From a virus (Duplodnaviria > Caudoviricetes): a stretch of 62,163 nucleotides of DNA. The notes beneath the pieces are model-generated. The model was not told the origin of the DNA, did no database searches, and saw only the letters and a list, made by a program, of their open reading frames with translations. The translations under genes were made by a program, and so were the position numbers. The number at the start of each line of letters is the position of its first letter. The stretch's first letter is position 1. Shown here one piece after another: positions 1 to 9,697 of this stretch. Location: positions 1-62,163 of IMG/VR virus record IMGVR_UViG_3300013126_004346. One strand, 5' to 3'.

Positions 1-396
1 TAAAACAAAGTTATCTCCATAACTGAAAGGAGCAAACTTACCAATACCATAATAACCAATAGCAGAATTGCTTTCACGCTTTGTAGATTCGCCGTAATAG
101 CAATAAAGATTTTTAATATCATCAGCAGAAAGGCCATTACCAAAATCTCTGATAGTTAAAGTAGGGTCTAGCTTGCTAGGAAGTTTTACTTCGATAGGAC
201 GCTTGCTACCAGCTTCGATATTAGCGTCTTGTGCATTACAAGCGATCTCACGCAAAACTGCGAGAGGCTTGTTGGAATACAACTGATTGCGAAGAATGTT
301 AAAGATATAAGGAAGTCCAGATTGCTTGATTCCAAAACTTACAGAATCAAAACTATCAGACTCTACGACTTTGATTGGCTTTTCGATTAATTTCAT
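1..396 (-). CDS. rIIA-like protein, N-terminal GHKL ATPase domain (runs off the window edge; absent from the ORF track)
   Basis: Manual translation from ATG 396: MKLIEKPIKVVESDSF...LYSNKPLAVLREIACNAQDA...IRDFGNGLS...YGESTKRESNSAIGYYGIGKFAPFSY, which carries the GHKL motifs typical of phage rIIA. Confidence 0.8.
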   Translation of the reverse strand, partial: MKLIEKPIKVVESDSFDSVSFGIKQSGLPYIFNILRNQLYSNKPLAVLREIACNAQDANIEAGSKRPIEVKLPSKLDPTLTIRDFGNGLSADDIKNLYCYYGESTKRESNSAIGYYGIGKFAPFSYGDNFVL

Positions 397-402
397 ATAT
401 TG

Positions 403-431
403 AATTTAAATTGATTTTAAATCTGTGTCAA
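403..431 (-). promoter_or_regulatory. sigma70-type promoter for the rIIA-like gene
   Basis: TTGACA-17 bp-TAAATT, ending 6 nt before the ATG. Confidence 0.55.
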
Positions 432-439
432 ATTTTATT

Positions 440-1555
440 TTATTCGTAGCTATCTCTGTCAATAGCAATCACATAAGGAAATCTTGGCACATCGTCTGGC
501 GTATAATTGAAAAATTTTATTGTGGCTTTCTTACCTACTAATTTATTTTTGTCTTTGAGCAGTTGAGCGAGGTAAGTAAAATCACCTTTGATATTACTTT
601 TAAACGCTCTGCCATTTTTATTTTCAAACACCATATATCCCGCAGTCCCTTTTCTATTACCTTCGCCTTCAACGACTTGTTTAATCTTAAATTCTTCATC
701 CATAAACTCTTTTCTTTTAAGAAGATGTTTGCTACGCTTATTCTCGTAGGTTCGATCTAATCTAACCATTTGACCCTCATAACCATTTTCCATATACATT
801 TCGTATGCTTGAGTTAATTCTTTCTCATTGTTTACTTTTAAAGTAGTAACAACAACAATACTAATGTATTTTCTTTTGGTAAGAGCATCAGAAAATAATT
901 CATACCTTCTATAAAAAGAATCGCTTTGATCTAGTATTCCAATTCTAGGTGCATCATATACCCAATACTCAATATGGTCTGCACTTTCTTCTAATTCTTC
1001 GTCAGTAGGTTTTGATCTTTTAACAAGCGAACAAATTTTATTAAAATCATTTGCAAACTTATCACAATATAATTCGCCATCTAAAATAGCGTTTGGATAA
1101 TCTTTAAAAAACTTTTCTAGATTTTCTCTAATATGAGGAGCAGAGATAATAGCTTTACCATTTCTGCTAAACATACCATCTTTTGTTACAATACATCTAA
1201 TACCATCTAATTTAGGTTGAGAGAAAACAGGATAATTAATATCGTGATCTTCATACTTGTGAGCAAGCATAGGCTCAAAGTATTGAGTTTTATTAATGTC
1301 TTTTACATTTTCAAAGTAACCAGACTCTAGCTTTTGTTTTCTCTTTGCTTCTGCTTCTTTGATTGCCTGTTCTTCTGCGGTGGTAGCATTTGCTCTACCA
1401 GCATTTTTTACTTTGCAATCCGTCCATTCATTTGTAATTTTATTATCGCTATCTGTATGTCCAGAAATTGTGCGATATTGATTACCTTTAACTTCAATAG
1501 TCCACTCTTGAATTTTTCCAGTTTTTGTCTTTTTATAAATTGTAGGCAACTTCAT
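440..1555 (-). CDS. lig: ATP-dependent DNA ligase
   Basis: PMLA, QPKLDGIRC (adenylated Lys), LDGELY, EGQMVR, LLKRK and C-terminal PRFP motifs. Confidence 0.93.
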   Translation of the reverse strand: MKLPTIYKKTKTGKIQEWTIEVKGNQYRTISGHTDSDNKITNEWTDCKVKNAGRANATTAEEQAIKEAEAKRKQKLESGYFENVKDINKTQYFEPMLAHKYEDHDINYPVFSQPKLDGIRCIVTKDGMFSRNGKAIISAPHIRENLEKFFKDYPNAILDGELYCDKFANDFNKICSLVKRSKPTDEELEESADHIEYWVYDAPRIGILDQSDSFYRRYELFSDALTKRKYISIVVVTTLKVNNEKELTQAYEMYMENGYEGQMVRLDRTYENKRSKHLLKRKEFMDEEFKIKQVVEGEGNRKGTAGYMVFENKNGRAFKSNIKGDFTYLAQLLKDKNKLVGKKATIKFFNYTPDDVPRFPYVIAIDRDSYE

Positions 1556-1561
1556 AATTTC

Positions 1562-1590
1562 AGTCTATACTGAATTATCCAAGCTGTCAA
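1562..1590 (-). promoter_or_regulatory. sigma70-type promoter for the ligase
   Basis: TTGACA-17 bp-TAGACT, ending 6 nt before the ATG. Confidence 0.65.
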
Positions 1591-1790
1591 ATTTTGTTTT
1601 TTTTTGATTTAGAAGGAGTTGCGACTTTCAATAAACTCCAAGTGCCATCTTTATTATCGTGCCAATCAATCGTATCACCAGTTTTCCAGCCAACCTTTTT
1701 TAAAAGAGAGTTAGGCAACTCAACATATAAATAGCCATTTTCTTCTTTTATTTCAAGAATATGAGGAGTTTTAGGTTTAGATTTTTTCAT
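1587..1790 (-). CDS. AbrB/MazE/SpoVT-like small DNA-binding protein
   Basis: LYVELPNSLLKKVGWKTGDTIDW swapped-hairpin pattern. Confidence 0.65.
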   Translation of the reverse strand: MKKSKPKTPHILEIKEENGYLYVELPNSLLKKVGWKTGDTIDWHDNKDGTWSLLKVATPSKSKKNKI

Positions 1791-1876
1791 TCTATATAAC
1801 CTTGGGGTTCAATATCTTTAAATAAATCTTTTAAGTGTTTTAAATCTTCTGGTGGTGGGTCAAATAGATTATTCAT
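1787..1876 (-). CDS. small hypothetical protein (29 aa, MNNLFDPPPEDLKHLKDLFKDIEPQGYIE)
   Basis: Fills the gap exactly, with ATGA overlaps to both neighbours; below the ORF-track cutoff. Confidence 0.5.
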   Translation of the reverse strand: MNNLFDPPPEDLKHLKDLFKDIEPQGYIE

Positions 1877-2526
1877 CTAGGAGTTAAGAAAGTGATAACT
1901 TTTCTAATCACAGGAAATCTAATCCACTCAATGAATCTTGTCGCAAAATAAAGTTTTCTACTAGCATACCATCCAAACCTATCAAGAGGCTGAACATAAT
2001 AATTGTAATAAAATTTATAAACTGGACATTTCATTTTATTTTTATGGGTTTCTGTTTCTTTATCCCATATAATTTGCTGTTCGATTCTATCTTTAGATGA
2101 ATATTTAGAATAATCTTTAACAATAGTTAATTCTTTAATTACTCCATTAACTACAACGCATCGCCAATCTGGATAAAAGTCAGTTCCATCAATAGTGTCT
2201 CCATAAACAACACACCCAAAAATAAAAGTGCCAGTATAATCTTCTCTCCAAACTTGCTCTTTTTTATCTTGAACAAATCGTCTATCTAAAATAAAAGCAA
2301 ATCGGTTTCCTTTATTTTTAGCCTTTTCTTCGGCTGTAAGTTCTTCGTAATGACCTTCTATTTTTTCTTCAAACAATTTATTATCACGAAGAATAAAAGT
2401 ATTTAAATAGTTTTCTTCTAGTTCTTTTGTTTGATATTCTTCATCACGCCAATTACGATTAAGCGTTTGTAGGGTAGCGTCCAGAGGAAGCTCCTGTTCT
2501 ACTTTAACATAATTAAATAAGCCCAT
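1873..2526 (-). CDS. hypothetical phage protein
   Basis: 217-aa ORF, MGLFNYV...YQTK pattern, in a tightly packed operon. Confidence 0.7.
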   Translation of the reverse strand: MGLFNYVKVEQELPLDATLQTLNRNWRDEEYQTKELEENYLNTFILRDNKLFEEKIEGHYEELTAEEKAKNKGNRFAFILDRRFVQDKKEQVWREDYTGTFIFGCVVYGDTIDGTDFYPDWRCVVVNGVIKELTIVKDYSKYSSKDRIEQQIIWDKETETHKNKMKCPVYKFYYNYYVQPLDRFGWYASRKLYFATRFIEWIRFPVIRKVITFLTPR

Positions 2527-2536
2527 ATACTATATA

Positions 2537-2800
2537 TTAGTCTAAATTAGCCTCTTTGTCAAATACAAATTTTTGGCATCCTTGATGCTCAAAAGTTAAT
2601 AATCCATATCTGTGACTATTCTTATTAGAGCATACTCCCCAATCGTTTCCTAACTCTCCTTTTAATTGTAAATAATATTTGCATCCCATAGAACAATCTG
2701 GATAATTTAATTCTGGATTTGACCACCTTTCTACCTCGCCAAAAGGTTTATAATCTTCTGGTAATTTTTTAACCATATTTAATAATTCATTATGATTCAT
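2537..2800 (-). CDS. DUF3027-like Cys-rich protein
   Basis: DCSMGCKYY...DWGVCSN...LTFEHQGC. Confidence 0.6.
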   Translation of the reverse strand: MNHNELLNMVKKLPEDYKPFGEVERWSNPELNYPDCSMGCKYYLQLKGELGNDWGVCSNKNSHRYGLLTFEHQGCQKFVFDKEANLD

Positions 2801-3693
2801 AGTTTAGTAAAAGATTGTTCTTTCATTTTTAATTCAAAATCTACATCTACATTATGTCCGTATGTGTCGGGCAAACGAGTGGCGTAATCAGCGTGTTTGC
2901 GTGGGTTTTTATGTCCAACAATACTTTCTGAATAGTGAAATAATGGAATATGATTGCCCCAAGTAATTCTTGCAAGATGAAATGCTTGTTCCTCTGATAG
3001 ATTATCTGGATGACATTTGTGATGAAGATAATCAAAGGTAATAGGAATATTAGATACAGAATGAAAATACTTCATAAGTTTCTTGACTGACCAACAAGTA
3101 TCTTTGTCATCGTTCTCAATAACTAATCTAGACTTTACATCATCTGATAGTCGGTCAAAGTTGCTCATAAACTTTTTGACAATAGCATTTAGATCGCCCT
3201 TTGCATTATGTATGTGCATATTCATCGGTGCGTCATAGTTAAGAGGACAACCAATTTGCGTCATAAACCAACCATAGTGATTTAATTCTTTGATTGTTTT
3301 ATCTACTGCATTGTCATTATCACTAGCAAGAACATTAAATTCACTAGGATGACAAGATATGCGAACATTAGTAGATTGAATTAGTTTCTTGATACTATTG
3401 AATGATGCAATTATTCGAGTATAGTCTGGTAAATATTCGAGTTTAACATTTGCTTTATCATAAGTAATAAGAGGAAATAAATCTGATGAAAGTCTGTATG
3501 TATGATTGCGGTCAGCACAATATTTAATATAATGATATGTTGTAAGCATATTATTAAGTATGCGTGAAGAAAGAGTAGCTAACGCTTCTTTTCTATCCAT
3601 CGCAGAGAAGCGGGCATAAGTCATTGTATTGAACTTAATAGGTTCTTCTTTCTCCGCTAGAGATAATACGATACAGCAAACACCTTTACGCAT
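2797..3693 (-). CDS. uvsE: UV-damage endonuclease (UvdE/UvsE)
   Basis: YRLSSDLFP, RISCHP, RLVIENDD, FDYLHH, HYSE, HADY and ELKMKE motifs. Confidence 0.92.
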   Translation of the reverse strand: MRKGVCCIVLSLAEKEEPIKFNTMTYARFSAMDRKEALATLSSRILNNMLTTYHYIKYCADRNHTYRLSSDLFPLITYDKANVKLEYLPDYTRIIASFNSIKKLIQSTNVRISCHPSEFNVLASDNDNAVDKTIKELNHYGWFMTQIGCPLNYDAPMNMHIHNAKGDLNAIVKKFMSNFDRLSDDVKSRLVIENDDKDTCWSVKKLMKYFHSVSNIPITFDYLHHKCHPDNLSEEQAFHLARITWGNHIPLFHYSESIVGHKNPRKHADYATRLPDTYGHNVDVDFELKMKEQSFTKL

Positions 3694-3702
3694 TATTAAA
3701 TA

Positions 3703-4104
3703 TTATACTGGATTGTCAAATTTGTCAAGCGATGGTTCAAAATATCCCGCAGAATTAATTTTTGTGGCTCCGTGAAATTTATATTTGATCGTAAAATCAT
3801 TTGGATGAATTAAAGAAAGAAATTTTCTATTATTATCATCTTCGTAAAGATAGTATTCTTGTCCAATAATACATTCAATTCTACATTCAAAAGTATCAAC
3901 AAAATTATTCCAATCGTGGAGTTTTACTAAACTATCATATTCTGTTTTAAGTTCTTCTAAACGAGTTTTAATTTTTTTGTTTAAATTTAAATGTCTAACT
4001 TCTTGTAGCTTATTTAAATCTGCAAGTTCAATTTTTGGTGCAGAATATTCCGCTATATATGAAGAACTTGCTCGATCCTCTAACACTCTTTTAAAGTCTG
4101 TCAT
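3703..4104 (-). CDS. DUF2452-like protein
   Basis: APKIELADL...IIGQEYYLY...FLSLIHP pattern. Confidence 0.55.
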   Translation of the reverse strand: MTDFKRVLEDRASSSYIAEYSAPKIELADLNKLQEVRHLNLNKKIKTRLEELKTEYDSLVKLHDWNNFVDTFECRIECIIGQEYYLYEDDNNRKFLSLIHPNDFTIKYKFHGATKINSAGYFEPSLDKFDNPV

Positions 4105-4325
4105 TTGTAAATATATGTTGATGAGGTATTACGCTTTTTTAATTCTTTTTTAATCAATGATTTTTGAGTTTCTTCTTTCCAAGAAATGCTATCAAAGTTT
4201 TCTTTAAACCTATCAGAAAAACAATTTCTAGGAGAATCCCCTTTTCCTGCACCAAAAAAGGGATTATTTGGCGTTTTTTCGTTCACAAATTTAACTTTTA
4301 TTATTTGGCGTTTTTTTGTTCGCAA
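4101..4325 (-). CDS. small phage protein (GKGDSPR motif); start uncertain
   Basis: GAGKGDSPRNCFSDRFKENFDSISW resembles a common small phage protein; the 5' end lies inside a repeat. Confidence 0.55.
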   Translation of the reverse strand: MRTKKRQIIKVKFVNEKTPNNPFFGAGKGDSPRNCFSDRFKENFDSISWKEETQKSLIKKELKKRNTSSTYIYK

Positions 4326-4401
4326 ATTTATACTTGCGTTTATTTGAAATTTTTTGATTCCTATTTCTAGTTTTATTTGGCATTTCTTCGTTCACAAATT
4401 T
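4264..4401. repeat. three imperfect 29-bp direct repeats
   Basis: TTATTTGGCGTTTTTTCGTTCACAAATTT (4264), TTATTTGGCGTTTTTTTGTTCGCAAATTT (4301), TTATTTGGCATTTCTTCGTTCACAAATTT (4373). Confidence 0.8.
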
Positions 4402-4548
4402 CCATATTTTCCCTTTGGTATCTAAGTCGCAACTCCAAAGCATAAGAGTTCTATATAATGAATAGCCGTAACCTTGACCATAAAGCATTATCGTTCTACT
4501 AATAATATCACCAATAAAGTAGAATAAATAAGATAAAACGATCTTCAT
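4291..4548 (-). CDS. hypothetical protein
   Basis: 85-aa ORF with ATG start and a hydrophobic N-terminus. Confidence 0.55.
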   Translation of the reverse strand: MKIVLSYLFYFIGDIISRTIMLYGQGYGYSLYRTLMLWSCDLDTKGKIWKFVNEEMPNKTRNRNQKISNKRKYKFANKKTPNNKS

Positions 4549-4579
4549 AGATATATTATAATATTTATTAAATTAAATA

Positions 4580-4804
4580 TCAATCAAATTTTTTAGTTTG
4601 TTCTGGTATAAAATTAATTAGTGCTTCGCTGCCATATATTTGGTAGCTAAAAATTTTATATTGCTTTCTCTCTAATAATTTCCTTAATTCATTTAAATAT
4701 TCACTTTTTGCATATACCACAATCGTTTCTCCATCATCTAAATCAATTCCGTATTCATCCGTAAATTCAGAGCATATTGCTAATGCTTCGCTTTTATTGC
4801 TCAC
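4580..4804 (-). CDS. hypothetical protein
   Basis: 74-aa ORF; GTG start 8 nt after a GTGTAA motif. Confidence 0.65.
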   Translation of the reverse strand: MSNKSEALAICSEFTDEYGIDLDDGETIVVYAKSEYLNELRKLLERKQYKIFSYQIYGSEALINFIPEQTKKFD

Positions 4805-4817
4805 ATATATTTTTACA

Positions 4818-5432
4818 CTATTTTAGCCAAACTGAAGTAGGATTAAAAGCTTCTGTATCTAAATAACTCCAAACCTTCCAGTCTTTTCTGCCTTTTGAGC
4901 ATTCAATTATGTTCCACAATAATGCGTGAAGATCATCTATTTTCCAAACGTCATCTAATAATTTTTTGCCCATGAATCTAGATTGATGAGCTACGTGATC
5001 TGCATAGCTATATGCAAAAGCTGAAAATGGTGGAAGTATACAGCCCATAGACGAAAGCACTCCTTGTATTCTTGAAGAAATTTCTTTACCTCCAACAGAA
5101 TGCATTGTAACTATCGCGGCGGCGGGCTTCCCTAATAAATGTTTTTTTCCTTCAATTTCGGTCATTTTTTCAAAAAGTTGTTGCATAGGAGATCCCCAAG
5201 AATCCCAATATGTTCCTGTGCAAAAAATTAACGCATCGCTATCTTTAATAAGATGTCTAACTTTAGGCCAATAAAAATCTTTATGGAGATGAAGGATTTT
5301 TATTTTTATATTAGAGTCAATAGAGTAGATCTTTTTCTTTATTTTTTTTATTAGTGATCCAGTATTGCCATTCTTTCCGCCGATAGATCCGTTAATAATT
5401 GTAATTATTATTTTCTTTTCTAGAGATTTCAT
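4818..5432 (-). CDS. NADPH-dependent FMN reductase / flavodoxin-fold protein
   Basis: IINGSIGGKNGNT, DALIFCTGTYW, GKPAAAIVT..SVGG. Confidence 0.8.
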   Translation of the reverse strand: MKSLEKKIIITIINGSIGGKNGNTGSLIKKIKKKIYSIDSNIKIKILHLHKDFYWPKVRHLIKDSDALIFCTGTYWDSWGSPMQQLFEKMTEIEGKKHLLGKPAAAIVTMHSVGGKEISSRIQGVLSSMGCILPPFSAFAYSYADHVAHQSRFMGKKLLDDVWKIDDLHALLWNIIECSKGRKDWKVWSYLDTEAFNPTSVWLK

Positions 5433-5682
5433 TTACATGATCCTTTATTATATTATACAATCTTTGTTCTTCTGGATTTGCTTCTCTCTCTATTTGATTA
5501 AAATTATAAAATATATATTCTTTTAGTTGATGATGTTTAAATCTATGAACGCCTTTTGATTCATCTCCTAGTTTATATACATATCTAAAAGGTAAACTTT
5601 CGTTTTTTATTTTATACAAATTTCCATATTTGAGAAATTTTTGTTCGCTTTTATCTAAATAATTTAATATTTTTTTTAACAT
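5392..5682 (-). CDS. hypothetical protein
   Basis: 96-aa ORF coupled to its neighbours. Confidence 0.6.
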   Translation of the reverse strand: MLKKILNYLDKSEQKFLKYGNLYKIKNESLPFRYVYKLGDESKGVHRFKHHQLKEYIFYNFNQIEREANPEEQRLYNIIKDHVNEISRKENNNYNY

Positions 5683-5885
5683 TAAATTATTCCAAAAACT
5701 TTTAATAAAACCATAGAAGAAATAATAGCACTTAATAAACTGCTACAAGTTCTAATAATTTCTAATTTATGATTATGATGATCAACCCATATTTCGAAAG
5801 GGTCTCTTAATTTTCCTTTTGCTAAAAGTTTTCTTTTTTGTTTTTTTGATAATTTTAAATTAGATATATCTTTAATTGTAATCAT
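5682..5885 (-). CDS. small membrane-anchored protein
   Basis: Basic N-terminus, hydrophobic C-terminal helix, overlapping stop/start codons. Confidence 0.6.
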   Translation of the reverse strand: MITIKDISNLKLSKKQKRKLLAKGKLRDPFEIWVDHHNHKLEIIRTCSSLLSAIISSMVLLKVFGII

Positions 5886-6964
5886 TGTTTTAATGTATTT
5901 AAAATATTATTTGCAAAATTTTCGCTACTAAATTTATCTTGTAGCTTTAACCCTTCTTCATTTAACTTGTTATTTTTCACTTTTTCTATAGCCTTTTCAC
6001 AAGCAAAAATAAATTCCTCTTCATCAAAATCAAAGATATTTCCTTGATTAAATGGTGCGCCTCTTTGAAAGAACATATTATCATATACTTCTATTTTTCC
6101 AGAAGGTTTTACCAATGTAGAATTTTTTTCGTCTGCCCATTCTTTATAAGCGTGAGCATTTAGTATTACTCCATGCTTTCCTAAAGCAATAGATTGAAAT
6201 TCGGGTAAGCCCCAACCTTCTCCACCGCTCATACCGATTATAATGTCTGCACTATTTAAATAGTCATTATACAAATTATTTTTTGGTAGCATTCCTAAAA
6301 ATTGAATATTAAAATAATTTTGACCCATTAAAATTGATTTTACCAACGTTTCATTATCTTCTGGTTTTATAAATGGATTGTATATAGCGCATTGAAGAAA
6401 ATAATCTTTATTGTTTCCAAATTTTTTTATCCAAGCTCTTATAATTTTTTGATGATGCTTTCTTTTTTCTAGTTTGCCGACAAGATTAAAAGTTATCCTT
6501 CCGTCAGTAAAATATTTTTTATCTAATCTTTTAAAATTGTATTTATCGAAAGCCAATGGTATATGCTCTACGTTAGAGCAGCCCATTTGTTTAAATAACT
6601 CGCAGGAGTATTTTGAAGAAAATATAACTTTTTTCTGATTGTTAACTATATTAACTTCTTCTGGTGTCGGACTATCTAATTCATAAAACGAAAATAGCGT
6701 AGTCTCGTTCGAGAAGCTTTCTAATGATCCATTTAAATGCCAGAGCTTAAAACATGGATCTTTTCTCTTAATTTTCTTAAGATAAGAAACACTAGCCTGT
6801 TTTATCCAATTAAAAAATTCTTGATCATCGTTTTGTTGGGAGAGATCAATGTTGTTTCCAATTGGAATTATGTTTAAGTCAATTTTTTTTTTAAATAATT
6901 CTCTTAGCAATAAGACTGAGGTTTGGCCGAAGCTTACCCCATTAATTGGGATATTTAAATTCAT
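5882..6964 (-). CDS. GT-B (GT4-like) glycosyltransferase
   Basis: VGKLEKRKH and SGGEGWGLPEFQSIALGK (GT4 donor-binding motif variant). Confidence 0.85.
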   Translation of the reverse strand: MNLNIPINGVSFGQTSVLLLRELFKKKIDLNIIPIGNNIDLSQQNDDQEFFNWIKQASVSYLKKIKRKDPCFKLWHLNGSLESFSNETTLFSFYELDSPTPEEVNIVNNQKKVIFSSKYSCELFKQMGCSNVEHIPLAFDKYNFKRLDKKYFTDGRITFNLVGKLEKRKHHQKIIRAWIKKFGNNKDYFLQCAIYNPFIKPEDNETLVKSILMGQNYFNIQFLGMLPKNNLYNDYLNSADIIIGMSGGEGWGLPEFQSIALGKHGVILNAHAYKEWADEKNSTLVKPSGKIEVYDNMFFQRGAPFNQGNIFDFDEEEFIFACEKAIEKVKNNKLNEEGLKLQDKFSSENFANNILNTLKQ

Positions 6965-7284
6965 AGAATTTCTTCTACTTCTTCATCAACTTCTTGCTTT
7001 ACGGGCTTTTTGTTTTGTGTAGCTACAACCTTTTTAACGGTAGGTTGTTCGGCGTTATTTTGTTTTTCCGCAAGAGGGGCAGAAACGTAGATCCTGTAGT
7101 CTGGAGCCTTGTCGTTATTATTTTTATTTTTATTAGAAAAAACGACAATCTTTAGTTCTCTCTCGATCCCTAATTCGTCTACTTTAACGTATCCAGAAAG
7201 ATACTTTTGATTTTTCCCTTCGCGCTTCCATAGTGCGCCTACATCTCTTTTTGCCCAATCTGATTTTACATTAGTTTCACTCAT
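6961..7284 (-). CDS. DUF736-like protein, putative ssDNA-binding
   Basis: VGALWKRE..KYLSG...KAPDYRIY with an acidic C-terminal tail. Confidence 0.55.
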   Translation of the reverse strand: MSETNVKSDWAKRDVGALWKREGKNQKYLSGYVKVDELGIERELKIVVFSNKNKNNNDKAPDYRIYVSAPLAEKQNNAEQPTVKKVVATQNKKPVKQEVDEEVEEIL

Positions 7285-7319
7285 ATTTTTCTCCTTGTTT
7301 AGATATAATACAATGTATA

Positions 7320-7934
7320 TTATATTTTGTCAAATGAATTTTGACTATTCATTTTAATATTAATTAGTTTTAAAGCTTTATTATGTATATTTATAACTGT
7401 TTGGGTGCTGAGTTTTAATCTTTTACCAATATTATGCCAAGATAAAGTTTTATTGCTTTTATTAAAATATCTAAGTTTAAATATTTTTATCATTCTTTTG
7501 TCTTTCATTTGAGATAATATTTCAAAAATAAAATCAGCCTTGTCTTTATCTAAAATTGATAGATCTTCTCTGGCTTGAATTTGTTTTTTTTCTAAAATAT
7601 TTTTTATATTTTCATCATTCATAGATATTGCTTGCTGTGTTTTATTTATTAAATTTAAACAATGATATCTCATTTGATTGCCTAGCCAAGTAGAAAATTT
7701 AACATTTTTATCTGGATCAAAATTTAATGCTGATTTATATATTATATATGTTTTATCTTCGCTTATATCTTGAAGATCGAATCCAGAATTTAATAAAACA
7801 TTTTGGTATCTTTTTATCATCTGATGACAGATTCCGCTATGCCTTAATTCTAGCTCTTTAAGTGCATCACTTGAATTATTATTTTTTACTTGATAAACTA
7901 ATTCTATATCATTACAATTATGGCAGTCTTGCAT
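7320..7934 (-). CDS. phage RNA polymerase sigma factor (sigma70 family, regions 2 and 4)
   Basis: KSALNFDPDKNVKFSTW (region 2) and LSWHNIGKRLKLSTQTVINIHNKAL (region 4 HTH). Confidence 0.85.
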   Translation of the reverse strand: MQDCHNCNDIELVYQVKNNNSSDALKELELRHSGICHQMIKRYQNVLLNSGFDLQDISEDKTYIIYKSALNFDPDKNVKFSTWLGNQMRYHCLNLINKTQQAISMNDENIKNILEKKQIQAREDLSILDKDKADFIFEILSQMKDKRMIKIFKLRYFNKSNKTLSWHNIGKRLKLSTQTVINIHNKALKLINIKMNSQNSFDKI

Positions 7935-8496
7935 TTGCGGATATTTCCTTAAATTTTTTTTCGTATTTTTTATATAAAATATCTTTATTCGGTTCAGGTT
8001 TCCAGTTTATCTTAAAATCTGCTTGCTTTCTTATTTTAACGATATTTTCTTTTTCTTCTTTATTTGCTGGCTTATTATTTTTTAACGTAATCGAAACTAA
8101 TAAACCATTATTTTTTTTCTTTAACCAAAAAAGTTCGTCTTCTTCATATTCAAAATATCTTATATCTGTTACGACTGGTATAGTTTGGGTAGATATGCAT
8201 TCATCTATTTCGTATTGAATTTTATTTGTCCAATATTTACCCTTTGTAAACTCTCTTTTTAATTTACCATAAACAACCATAAGAGGTCTAACAAATTCTT
8301 TGTCTTTACCGTTTATGTTTAAAATATCTACAGAAAAGTTTTGAGATACAAAATCTTTTAAGTCTTTTTTTAAATTATCTGCTAATGCAATTCTTTTCGT
8401 TTTTATATTATTTTTAAGGCAATATCTATTGAATAATTCAAAAAATGTATCTTTTCCAGATCTAGCAAATCCTGTTACTCCTATTGGCTTAATCAT
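7918..8496 (-). CDS. deoxynucleoside monophosphate kinase
   Basis: P-loop GFARSGKDT, ALADNLK, VVTDIRY. Confidence 0.8.
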   Translation of the reverse strand: MIKPIGVTGFARSGKDTFFELFNRYCLKNNIKTKRIALADNLKKDLKDFVSQNFSVDILNINGKDKEFVRPLMVVYGKLKREFTKGKYWTNKIQYEIDECISTQTIPVVTDIRYFEYEEDELFWLKKKNNGLLVSITLKNNKPANKEEKENIVKIRKQADFKINWKPEPNKDILYKKYEKKFKEISANARLP

Positions 8497-8537
8497 TTTT
8501 TAGACAATTATATTAGTTTATATTATCATAAAATATA

Positions 8538-8900
8538 ATGAATGTCAATGAGTTTCTGAATTTATTGACCGTTTCCTCTTTGCCAGCATTTATTCTTATA
8601 ATTTGGTTTAAAACTCATGCGTTCGTGGAATATTTAAATTTATTTAAATTAAATAAACTTTTTAAAATAAATGAATATTTAGAATATAAAAAACAAAATA
8701 TGTTGATTGAATATTCAGATTTTATACTGCTTAAATATAATAGTTTTTTTACAAGGTTGATTACATGTCCATTTTGCTTGAATTTCTGGCTTTCTTTAAT
8801 AGTCTCTATATTCTTTGGAAATTTTAGCTTTATATATATATCATCTATATATATTATTAGTCTTATGATATATTTTACAATGTGTAAATTATCAATATGA
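8538..8900 (+). CDS. DUF1360-like membrane protein
   Basis: LITCPFCLNFW flanked by transmembrane helices. Confidence 0.6.
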   Translation: MNVNEFLNLLTVSSLPAFILIIWFKTHAFVEYLNLFKLNKLFKINEYLEYKKQNMLIEYSDFILLKYNSFFTRLITCPFCLNFWLSLIVSIFFGNFSFIYISSIYIISLMIYFTMCKLSI

Positions 8901-9193
8901 ATAAAGTAATTATCGCTGTTGAATCCTCGCAAAATTTTTACGAATTAATTAATCTGCAATTAGTAGATTTTAAAAATAAAAATAATATTTTAGAAAATTT
9001 TTATGTACATTTTCATTCGGCAATTCATGGGTGTGCGTGCAAAAAGAACTACCATCTTGAAGAAGCCAATAGAATCTATGAGCAAGGTCTTGCAACTCTT
9101 GACCCCTCTTTAAAAGAAGAAATGAAAAATATTTTAAATGCTAGTCAAATTTTATTTTTTAAAGATAAAAAAATACTTCTTTTCCAATTTTAG
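8897..9193 (+). CDS. hypothetical protein
   Basis: 98-aa ORF with ATGA overlap and GCAC motif. Confidence 0.65.
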   Translation: MNKVIIAVESSQNFYELINLQLVDFKNKNNILENFYVHFHSAIHGCACKKNYHLEEANRIYEQGLATLDPSLKEEMKNILNASQILFFKDKKILLFQF

Positions 9194-9232
9194 CTTGCAA
9201 TAAATCTATATTTATTTTAGTATTGTACTACT

Positions 9233-9697
9233 ATGAAATTAGTATTATTACAATTATACTTATTTTTTATATCTTTTGGTTATTCTCAAAATGAATTACT
9301 AAATAAAGCTAATTCTGGAGATCACGCTTCTGCAACAATGGTAGGAATATATTATAAAAATGGAGAAAATGGATTTGAAAAAAATACATCCGAGGCAAAG
9401 AAATATTTTAAAATTGCAGACGATAATGGTAGAAAAGAAGGAAATTTTGTCGGAGCATTTATGCTTGGTGTTTTAGAATATCAAAATAATCCAGAAAAAT
9501 CTTTTGAAATTTGGGCTAAAATGAGGCATGATAATGAAATTCATAAAGCTAAATTTAAAAAAGAAATCAAGCATTCAGAGATAATAAAAAATCAAAAAGA
9601 GATTTTATCTGAATTAAAAAACATAAAAAAACAAAATTCTAATTTACGAAGAAGAATCGCTGACGATTTAGAAGATGGAATAGCTAGTCAAGAATAA
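9233..9697 (+). CDS. exported Sel1-like repeat protein
   Basis: Signal-peptide-like N-terminus; ANSGDHASATMVGIYYKNG...EAKKYFKIA. Confidence 0.6.
   Translation: MKLVLLQLYLFFISFGYSQNELLNKANSGDHASATMVGIYYKNGENGFEKNTSEAKKYFKIADDNGRKEGNFVGAFMLGVLEYQNNPEKSFEIWAKMRHDNEIHKAKFKKEIKHSEIIKNQKEILSELKNIKKQNSNLRRRIADDLEDGIASQE

Noticed and set aside
4264-4401. CRISPR mini-array
   Set aside because: The repeats are imperfect and coding, the gaps are irregular (8 and 43 nt), and there is no leader or cas gene.
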